From Candidatus Hydrogenedentota bacterium (lineage in GTDB: Bacteria; Hydrogenedentota; Hydrogenedentia; Hydrogenedentales; SLHB01), in contig BTVY01000057.1 of assembly GCA_045863335.1 (NCBI GenBank), positions 1 through 36,777 on the forward strand: a stretch of 36,777 nucleotides of DNA. Direction: 5' to 3'. Both the position numbers and the translations under genes were made by a program. Shown here piece after piece: positions 1-6,427 of the stretch. Under the pieces are notes generated by a model. It saw only the letters and a list, made by a program, of their open reading frames with translations. It did no database searches and had not been told where the DNA came from. Each line of letters starts with the position of its first letter. Positions within the stretch are counted from its first letter, which is position 1.

Positions 1-25
1 ATGAAGCGGTACTCACAGAACTGCA

Positions 26-58
26 CCCCTTTGAAGGGGGATCAAGGGGGATGTTCTT
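26..58 (+). repeat. Interspersed palindromic repeat family R1 (CCCCTTTGAAGGGGG-ATCA-AGGGGGATGTTCTT), copy 1
   Basis: Near-identical copies at 7740-7771, 10151-10184 and 10346-10379; internal CCCCT-TTGA-AGGGG hairpin. Confidence 0.85.
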
Positions 59-94
59 TGTACTTTTCGCAGCCACGTCCTGACTCGGCGATCG

Positions 95-125
95 AGAACT
101 CCCTGGACGGGAATCATTCCCATCC
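95..125. repeat. 31-bp palindromic element P (AGAACTCCCTGGACGGGAATCATTCCCATCC), copy 1, directly after the amidohydrolase stop
   Basis: 28/31 identical to 5591-5621; core dyad GGACGGGAAT-C-ATTCCCATCC. Confidence 0.75.
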
Positions 126-1192
126 TACTTGAGGCCCATGCGGTCCCAGTCGATGGGGCGGGCGATGTCGGCTCCGGTGGGTTTCTTGGCCTGGAAGGCC
201 AGGTAGTTCTCCCGCAGGATGCGGTTCAGGAGGTCCGGCGGGAGGTTCAGGCCGTTCAAGGTCTGGCCGGGGAGAACGGGGGAGTGGTAGGTCGCTTTCC
301 CAAGTAGGTCGAGGTAGGACTGGTACCGCGCGCGAATCCAGGCCTCGTCTTTCTCCGCGTACGCAGTGATGACGCAGTCCGTCCCGAACAGGAACCGGTC
401 CGGGTAGTCCGCGAACAAGGCCCGGAACTTGTCCGGGTCCCGCGACACGCGCTGGAGCCCCGCCTTCAAGTAGTCGTCGTGACCGAAACTGATGTCCGTA
501 TACAGGTTCGGGAAAGTGTCCAGAAACTCGCGCAACCGCGAATCCTTGATGGACGACAACATGAAGTGGGGGCAGATGACCTTCAAATCGGGGAATTGCT
601 TCAACACCGCGATGAACTCTTTCGCGAAGCCCGGCGTCTTCGGGCCGGGATTGACGTGGAAGCAGACGGGGATGAAGCGTTCCTCGCAAAACGCGTACAA
701 CGGCAGCATCGCCGGATCGTCCAGCGGCCGCGTGTGGAAGAAGTACGCGCCGGTTCTCTTCGTCCGGTACCCATGCCCGAGATACAGTTTCAACCCCGTC
801 GCGCCGCGCTCCACCAGCGATTGAAATTTTGAAAGCATGTCCGGGTCTTCCGGGGTGACCGTCGGCCACGCCTCAAACCGCCCCGGCCACCGCTCCACGA
901 TCCGCAACAAGGCCTCATTGTTCTCATCGTACCGCGTGAACCCCACGTCCTCGTTCAACGTAATCGTGAACCACGAACTCCCCACCAACACCGTCCGCTC
1001 GATCCCCAAATCATCCATCACCGCCAATAGCTTCGGCGCCTCGGCTTCCGATTGGATGTGCTCGTGCGTGTTGATGGTTTGGGCGGACGCGATACAGGAA
1101 ATCACGGCGGACATCGCGGGGATCAAGCTTCGCAATCTTGCACACAGCCAATATCGGGCACGGTTGCCGAGTCTAAGCGGCCTGACTCGCAC
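125..1192 (-). CDS. Amidohydrolase family protein (Amidohydro_2-like TIM barrel); true start probably 1135 (TTG) or 1114 (ATG)
   Basis: Metal-binding motifs INTHEH, FHVN, CPHF, YTDIS and LFGTD; host-like GC. Confidence 0.85.
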   Translation of the reverse strand: MRVRPLRLGNRARYWLCARLRSLIPAMSAVISCIASAQTINTHEHIQSEAEAPKLLAVMDDLGIERTVLVGSSWFTITLNEDVGFTRYDENNEALLRIVERWPGRFEAWPTVTPEDPDMLSKFQSLVERGATGLKLYLGHGYRTKRTGAYFFHTRPLDDPAMLPLYAFCEERFIPVCFHVNPGPKTPGFAKEFIAVLKQFPDLKVICPHFMLSSIKDSRLREFLDTFPNLYTDISFGHDDYLKAGLQRVSRDPDKFRALFADYPDRFLFGTDCVITAYAEKDEAWIRARYQSYLDLLGKATYHSPVLPGQTLNGLNLPPDLLNRILRENYLAFQAKKPTGADIARPIDWDRMGLK

Positions 1193-1196
1193 CGAT

Positions 1197-2516
1197 TCAG
1201 GACTTTCGCCGATTTCTGACCAGGATCAGTATTGCCACCGCAGCTATAATGATTGCCACAACGATCCCGTACGTGAGCATACTTGATCGCTCTTCTCCGG
1301 GCTGCAGCACAACCTCTCCAGCGGCTTCCTGGCCCGCGCCTTGTGTCGGTACGTCAGGGGCCGCGTCTTCGTTACTCTCAGGAGCGGAGTTCTCTACCAT
1401 CGAAGATGGGTCAGAGGTCTCTGCGCGTTGATCGGCATCGTCTGACCCTGGAGTGGCCATGGCGGTATCCACACGCGCCCCCGTACCCACCGCGAAATGG
1501 ACTCCTTCGCTAGACTGCAGCGGGTATCCCTCGCCTACCAATTCCGACGAATCGACCGTGTGTTCCCCCCCGCCCGCACCATATTTGTGTGAGTAGTCCA
1601 ATGTGACGCTGCCGGATTGGGGATCAAATGCATACGTTGATACGGGTGCGTAGTACTCATCGTAACGACGAAAGTGGAGCATGTCGGCCTCTTCATCGAT
1701 TTCCGATTGAAAGACTCGTAAATACTGCCCACTCCCCTCCGGGCCCCTGATAAACACAAGGGAAGGCCAACCACCCTCGTTGTCACGAATGAATCCAGCA
1801 AACGTTCCATAGGGATGAACCGACAAGTCATCCTCCATGTTAATCCTATGAAGCACGACTTCTTCTGGAGTTTTCCGTATGACAAAGGAACTGGCATGTG
1901 CTACGTCAAACAGCTCCTTTTGTTCGCGGGGAACCCCCGTTAACCGATATTGTCCAAACACGTACAGCACTCGCCCGTCTTTCAAGTCAATATCTTGGTG
2001 GACGACTGAAAAGAACGCCTTGGATGACATTGCATCCAGGCGAATCTGCTCAAACTCTTCAGAGCTTAGTGCGGATGTTCCCTCGATCCACTGCAAAGTG
2101 TCGTTCGACGGGTACCGGATCATGACATCGTCCAAGCTCCCCGTAGCTAACATCTGGGCCACCATTTGGGGGACGATCTGGTCGGCTTGGATAACGCTAT
2201 CTTCCATTCGGTCCCACACGCCTTTTGCCCAAAGGGAAATCTCTTGAGAGATTCTGGTCTGTTCTTCTTCGCTGAGGCTTTCGTAGTTCTCCGGTAGCTT
2301 GGATTCGCCTCGATATTCCGCGTTCGCGGCCTCGAAACGATTCGACAACGTCTGAAGATACGCCAGAGCGCCGTCCGGGCTATCAAATTCTCTTGTCGCT
2401 TGCCCGCAAACAGGAAGTACGCCCAACAAACCGCCTACAACCAAGAGAACGATGCGTGGTGTTATCGGCGTTACAAAGGCCTTCCGGTTAGCTGGCGGAA
2501 AATGGTGAAGAATCAT
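1197..2516 (-). CDS. Exported, C-terminally membrane-anchored hypothetical protein; candidate immunity protein
   Basis: GGAGGA 8 nt before the ATG at 2516, next to the upstream stop; N-terminal hydrophobic signal (IVLLVVGGLLGVLPVCGQA), acidic linker, C-terminal TM helix plus RNRRKS. Confidence 0.75.
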   Translation of the reverse strand: MILHHFPPANRKAFVTPITPRIVLLVVGGLLGVLPVCGQATREFDSPDGALAYLQTLSNRFEAANAEYRGESKLPENYESLSEEEQTRISQEISLWAKGVWDRMEDSVIQADQIVPQMVAQMLATGSLDDVMIRYPSNDTLQWIEGTSALSSEEFEQIRLDAMSSKAFFSVVHQDIDLKDGRVLYVFGQYRLTGVPREQKELFDVAHASSFVIRKTPEEVVLHRINMEDDLSVHPYGTFAGFIRDNEGGWPSLVFIRGPEGSGQYLRVFQSEIDEEADMLHFRRYDEYYAPVSTYAFDPQSGSVTLDYSHKYGAGGGEHTVDSSELVGEGYPLQSSEGVHFAVGTGARVDTAMATPGSDDADQRAETSDPSSMVENSAPESNEDAAPDVPTQGAGQEAAGEVVLQPGEERSSMLTYGIVVAIIIAAVAILILVRNRRKS

Positions 2517-2521
2517 TGTCA

Positions 2522-4672
2522 CTATCCTCCGTGGTTCACAACCACGTTGTTGGCATAACGATTGCCGCGGGCTCTCAAGGTATTATTGCCCAGCGAGCCT
2601 TGTTGTGGCGGTGGCGGCCTCGGTATGGATATATCTTCCGCCTCTGTAAGTGTCCCGTAAGGATTTTCGTCCAGATCTTTCACTCCGTCTTCATTGTAGT
2701 CTCGCCAATTGTGAGTACCGCCGACACGGTGGCCTTGGGTGTCTAGTGGATTACCGTTAGCATCTTGTGGACAAAGGGCTAAAATTGGCTCGGTATACCA
2801 AAACCGTGCCCAGCACGCCGACCCGGAAGCGGGTGGCGAGGGGCTGCGTGCTGGGAGCATTAGGAAACCTGCGTCGGCTGCAACATCCTGGTTGCGCTGT
2901 GTCGTTGACATATGGACCACTGCGCCCTCCTTGATCCTTTGTGCAACGCGAACCTCCTGAGCGGTTCCGGGATCCCAATATGCTACCAACTCTATGCGGT
3001 GATGCCCCGAGTATGCTGGGTTGGCCCCAGTTTCCACGGGTGCAGAGCGGTATTCGATGGTCAGATCCTGCGTAATCCCAAATCCAGCCGTGTAGGGTCC
3101 TGCAAGAAGTGATTGTGAAACTGCCGTCGGGCCGCTACCCCATACTTCGACAAACACTTCGTCCGGAGGATTTGAACCCGATACCACATTCACGGCAAAT
3201 GTCGTAAACGTCAACGTTCGCTGAGTAACGTTTTGGGTCATCGCTGCCGTAATGCTGCCAATTGTATATGCACCGTAAGCAACCGCTGCTTCGATTTCAA
3301 CGGTGTTTGCATAGGGTTTCCACCAGTATAGCCGGTCAGTTTGGCCGGCATTATACTTGTCGTAACCTTCCATCCGTCTCATGCCATGTACGTATGCGTT
3401 TGACGGTGGATAGAGATGGAGATGTTGGCAGGCACGCCGATAGTACCCACCACTGTCATTAGGAAGATCACCTTGATCAGCCAAGTGGACTTTCATGGCA
3501 AATCGAGCGTGTTCTTGCCAATCCCATACCGTCTTCCGACTACGATAGTTCTCATCTGTGAGTTGCAGTAGTCCAAAGCCATTCGTCCCCCGCCCCTGAC
3601 TGTCCAAGGCTTCCCACAGCGGGTAATTGGCGTGCGAAGCGGTTCCAGAACCGCTTCCTGGCCAGTAGTGGCGGCCATCAGATTCTTGCATTGCCTGAGC
3701 ACTAATCATTCTCGAAACTTCCGCTTGCACGTGAGCCCTGTCTTCCGCACTGGAATAGGATCCATTCCCACTCATGTCGTCGTTTGGTATCCCGTCATCG
3801 TTGAGATCGACGTCCAGGAAACTCGAACCGTTGGGCCTCTGGAAGTAGCCAGTCGGAGTCGTGCTTGAAAGAACTGAAATCATCGGAGAGGTGAGCGTGC
3901 CACCGACAATATACACGCCCGAAAACCCCGCCGTAGTTCCCGCGACGAGGGTTTGCTTCTCTGGGTCGGCGTTCGGAACCTGGACTTCGACGGTCAAACG
4001 CTTGAGGTGGCCGCCGAAGATCCCCTCATTTGTCACATCGTTGTTTTGATCCCAGGCGATCTGCCACGTGTTCTGGGCAAGCTGCCCGGAATCGAGAGCG
4101 CCGGGATGGACGTACCCGGTTGCGGGCGCATCTGGATACTCGAGAGCATTCGCGCCAGCCGCATCACTTCCAACCACGAACCGGTACGTTGTTCCCTGCG
4201 GAATACCGGTGGGGAGGTTCAATCGAACCGTCAGTTCAGGCATTGCACATGGGGTAAACGTTTGTGTCGCGGAATCGTAATGGCCCAAATCAATCGCGAT
4301 GTTGCTGCCCTGTTGGATAACCACCCATCCGCCCTGTCCGTCGGGGACGAGGAAATCGACATCCGCCAAGTTCAGCTTGTTGTGATTCACCGTTTTGACC
4401 GCGTATCGCACTCCGGTCGGCGTAGTTAGCGTCGCCGTGACACTGACGACTTGCCGGGTTTCGGTGTTCTCGATAGTTTCCACCGCGTATTCCGCCGACA
4501 CCGTTGCCGGTAATTGCGGCTCGAACTCATACGTAAGCACATCTTCTAAGTCTTCGCCGGGCAACAGATAATTCCGGCCGTTGTCGGTTCCCAGCATCAA
4601 CTCATGGTTCCGGAAATGGGCGGTCAGCGCGATGCTGGGGGACTGCGGATAATAAATGGGGACAGTAACCAT
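2522..4672 (-). CDS. Toxin/effector-like protein with a lytic transglycosylase (SLT/GH23-like) domain; its first 7 codons (MVTVPIY) come from the REP hairpin, so it is probably 5'-truncated
   Basis: SLT-like motifs AMQES, GFGLLQL, WDWQEH, KYNAG and C-terminal RYANNV; Dx[DN]xDG loops; no signal peptide; more AT-rich than its flanks. Confidence 0.65.
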   Translation of the reverse strand: MVTVPIYYPQSPSIALTAHFRNHELMLGTDNGRNYLLPGEDLEDVLTYEFEPQLPATVSAEYAVETIENTETRQVVSVTATLTTPTGVRYAVKTVNHNKLNLADVDFLVPDGQGGWVVIQQGSNIAIDLGHYDSATQTFTPCAMPELTVRLNLPTGIPQGTTYRFVVGSDAAGANALEYPDAPATGYVHPGALDSGQLAQNTWQIAWDQNNDVTNEGIFGGHLKRLTVEVQVPNADPEKQTLVAGTTAGFSGVYIVGGTLTSPMISVLSSTTPTGYFQRPNGSSFLDVDLNDDGIPNDDMSGNGSYSSAEDRAHVQAEVSRMISAQAMQESDGRHYWPGSGSGTASHANYPLWEALDSQGRGTNGFGLLQLTDENYRSRKTVWDWQEHARFAMKVHLADQGDLPNDSGGYYRRACQHLHLYPPSNAYVHGMRRMEGYDKYNAGQTDRLYWWKPYANTVEIEAAVAYGAYTIGSITAAMTQNVTQRTLTFTTFAVNVVSGSNPPDEVFVEVWGSGPTAVSQSLLAGPYTAGFGITQDLTIEYRSAPVETGANPAYSGHHRIELVAYWDPGTAQEVRVAQRIKEGAVVHMSTTQRNQDVAADAGFLMLPARSPSPPASGSACWARFWYTEPILALCPQDANGNPLDTQGHRVGGTHNWRDYNEDGVKDLDENPYGTLTEAEDISIPRPPPPQQGSLGNNTLRARGNRYANNVVVNHGG

Positions 4673-4677
4673 TTATT
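4651..4677 (+). repeat. RAYT-associated REP-like hairpin AATAAATGG-GGACAGTAA-CCATTTATT (copy A, downstream of RAYT)
   Basis: 9-bp perfect stem with a 9-nt loop; identical to 6210-6236 and to the reverse complement of 5540-5566. Confidence 0.92.
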
Positions 4678-4684
4678 GGGACCC

Positions 4685-4691
4685 CCTCCTT
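4685..4691 (-). promoter_or_regulatory. Shine-Dalgarno AAGGAGG upstream of the REP-embedded ATG at 4672
   Basis: AAGGAGG(GGG) 12 nt upstream of the ATG; also present in copy B with 7-nt spacing. Confidence 0.55.
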
Positions 4692-4750
4692 GATACTTGA
4701 TGCCGGTCGGGTAAATCCGATGCAACCCGCGCACCCGTGATCCTTTTGTA

Positions 4751-4779
4751 ATACTAACACTGATACCCGGAAAGCGCAA
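4751..4779 (-). promoter_or_regulatory. Outward-facing sigma70-type promoter TTGCGC-N17-TAGTAT with extended -10 TG
   Basis: -35 at 4779-4774, -10 at 4756-4751; both hexamers, the TG and the 17-nt spacing are conserved in copy B while the spacer differs. Confidence 0.65.
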
Positions 4780-4802
4780 TGGAGTCGCGTGCTGGCTCCC
4801 AT

Positions 4803-5504
4803 TCACCGGCGTTTGCGGCGGACGCGATCTCTGCTGCCGTGGGGGCGGCCGCGGGGGATGGCGCGGACGCGGCGGCCCAGGTAGGTCTCCACTTTGCTGA
4901 GAAAGGAGTCGCTGCCGAGGGGACGGCCCGTGCGCGTGTGCAGGCGAAGGAGGTCCACCTCGGGGCCGGAATCGGCAATAGCGACAAGCGTAGCTTTCCA
5001 TTTGGCGGCGGGCATCTCCTCGAACCACGCGCCGAGGTCCAACAGCCGGGCCGGGTCCCCCCCTTCGCCGCAGTGGGCGGCCGCACTGGACCACGCGTGG
5101 TCCCATGCCAACGCAGTCATCGCCGCGCGCACGGGATTGAGTTCCACGTACGCCGTCGCGTTGTGCGCGTAGTTCTCATCCATGGGGCAGGAGTAAAACC
5201 GGCTTTGCCAGAGGTGGCCCAGGCGCCCGTGGAGGCGATGAATATACTGGGCATACATGAGGTGCGTGCGCCCCATGGTACTCGCCAGCGATTCCTCCCG
5301 CTCCGGCGTGACGACAAGGTGGACGTGATTCGTCATGAGGCAGTACGCCGACACCGCCAAGCCATGGCGTTGCGCGCTCTCCCGCAGAAAGGAGAGGTAG
5401 ACGCGCCGGTCGTCATCGGTGAAGAACACGTCTTGCCGGTAGTTGCCCCGCTGCGTGACGTGATGAGCCACTCCCGGGAGAACAATTCGCGCCTGCCGTG
5501 CCAT
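4803..5504 (-). mobile_element. rayt: REP-associated tyrosine transposase (RAYT / TnpA-REP, Y1 HUH transposase)
   Basis: MARQARIVLPG start, HHVTQRGN, AYCLMTNHVH (HUH), LWQSRFYS, YVELNPVRA (catalytic Tyr), WSSA; flanked by inverted REP hairpins. Confidence 0.93.
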
Positions 5505-5539
5505 GGGGGAGACGATAGCACCAAGCCGGAATCGGATGC

Positions 5540-5578
5540 AATAAATGGTTACTGTCCCCATTTATTGTCCCATTTATT
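5540..5578 (-). repeat. REP-like hairpin upstream of RAYT (inverted relative to A and B) plus a partial tandem duplication GTCCCATTTATT
   Basis: AATAAATGG-TTACTGTCC-CCATTTATT at 5540-5566, followed by GTCCCATTTATT at 5567-5578. Confidence 0.9.
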
Positions 5579-5590
5579 CCAGATCGCCTA

Positions 5591-5627
5591 AGAACTCCCT
5601 CGAAGGGAATCATTCCCGTCCAGGAGA
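5591..5627. repeat. Palindromic element P, copy 2, downstream of the 120-aa gene
   Basis: AGAACTCCCTCGAAGGGAATCATTCCCGTCC(AGGAG); 28/31 identical to 95-125. Confidence 0.75.
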
Positions 5628-5667
5628 TGCTACTTGTGCTTACCTCTACAAGTGCAGGTACTTATCA

Positions 5668-6030
5668 TTAATGCTTCTCCAAGTTCTTAAATATGTCGCT
5701 GAGGAAATCCTGATCTGGATCGTTAAGCCTTGTACGTTTATCATCCTTTGCATAAATAAGTGTTAGTGTGCCCTTGTTGCCTACATCCTCGATTGCGACA
5801 AGTCCGTCGAGGATGAGCAGGATGTTGTAGGCTACTTGGTCGCCTGCCATCTGAACTACCTTGGCAACTCGCTCACGGTCTTTTTCGGGAAGATGGTTGT
5901 ACCAAGCACTGAGCTCCTGCAACTCACTATCTGGCCGACGTCCAGGCGGAACCCGTAGCGAATCTTGAATGCCTCGAGTCGCCCCCGAAACCACCTTCTT
6001 CACTGCATCTACGAACTCTAGTGCGTTCAT
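5668..6030 (-). CDS. Small helical hypothetical protein; candidate polymorphic-toxin immunity protein
   Basis: AT-rich; FVDAVK...PPGRRP...WY...LILDG...LND pattern recalled from proteins found after Rhs toxin tips; ATGA overlap with the upstream toxin-tip stop. Confidence 0.7.
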   Translation of the reverse strand: MNALEFVDAVKKVVSGATRGIQDSLRVPPGRRPDSELQELSAWYNHLPEKDRERVAKVVQMAGDQVAYNILLILDGLVAIEDVGNKGTLTLIYAKDDKRTRLNDPDQDFLSDIFKNLEKH

Positions 6031-6209
6031 TTTCTAAATGCTCGAGCATACATCCGCATGTTCAATTCAATTAATTCGAAGAGATCCCTATTCGGGGCAT
6101 TCGTGTACCTTCGCAAATTGTTAACGTCAAGTGCAAGTAAACTGCGGGGCTTGCCTGTGTACCTCCCGTGGACTACGGGGATGGCGCGGTGCTCGTTAGT
6201 GGGCAGTAG
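6027..6209 (-). pseudogene. Truncated polymorphic-toxin C-terminal tip (60 codons: LLPTNEHRAIPVVHGRYTGKPRSLLALDVNNLRRYTNAPNRDLFELIELNMRMYARAFRK)
   Basis: Open frame with no start codon of its own at the 5' end, beginning at the REP edge and ending with an ATGA overlap onto the next gene; resembles the C-terminal half of HNH-like Rhs tips (LPxxEH...TNAPN). Absent from the ORF track. Confidence 0.6.
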
Positions 6210-6236
6210 AATAAATGGGGACAGTAACCATTTATT
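6210..6236 (+). repeat. RAYT-associated REP-like hairpin (copy B)
   Basis: Identical to 4651-4677. Confidence 0.92.
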
Positions 6237-6238
6237 GC

Positions 6239-6245
6239 CCTCCTT
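6239..6245 (-). promoter_or_regulatory. Shine-Dalgarno AAGGAGG 7 nt upstream of the REP-embedded ATG at 6231
   Basis: Minus strand reads AGGAAGGAGG-GCAATAA-ATG; opens the mini-ORF MVTVPIYSTAH* (6231-6196). Confidence 0.6.
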
Positions 6246-6296
6246 CCTGAATCGTGATACCGCTCGGGTGACCCGTGCATCCGTGATCCTTTTGTA

Positions 6297-6325
6297 ATAC
6301 TAGCACTGCGGTCCGAAATGCGCAA
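6297..6325 (-). promoter_or_regulatory. Outward-facing sigma70-type promoter TTGCGC-N17-TAGTAT (copy B)
   Basis: -35 at 6325-6320, TG extension, -10 at 6302-6297; same geometry as copy A. Confidence 0.65.
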
Positions 6326-6427
6326 CGGAGTCGTGCGGGGGGTGCGTTTGCGGCGGACGCGGTCTTTGCTGCCGTGGGGGAGGCCGCGAGAACGATTGTC
6401 TCAGCACCGCGCCGTTTTCCCTCATTG

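Larger units (their letters stand above)
4651..4853 (-). repeat. ~200-bp RAYT 3'-end module, copy A (RAYT tail, promoter, SD, REP)
   Basis: Colinear with 6210-6388; shared blocks include CCGTGATCCTTTTGTAATACTA and GCGTTTGCGGCGGACGCG. Confidence 0.9.
6210..6388 (-). mobile_element. RAYT 3'-end module, copy B: remnant of the RAYT C-terminus plus promoter, SD and REP
   Basis: 6388-6344 translates RGLPHGSKDRVRRKR versus RAYT RGRPHGSRDRVRRKR; the rest of the transposase is missing. Confidence 0.85.

Noticed and set aside
6206-6209. GTAG foot of a canonical GTAG-family REP
   Set aside because: Present before only one of three hairpins, and it lies within cargo codons; kept only as a weak bias.
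4651-6236. Classical integron or IS200/IS605 element
   Set aside because: No IntI tyrosine recombinase, no RYYYAAC...GTTRRRY attC sites at cargo ends and no tnpB; the protein length and motifs (TQRGN, NPVRA, WSS) fit a RAYT.
5545-6297. Plus-strand ORFs 5545-5766 and 6058-6297, and the MGTVTIY extension of RAYT to 5561
   Set aside because: They start in or read through REP hairpins, or are antisense to better-supported genes.
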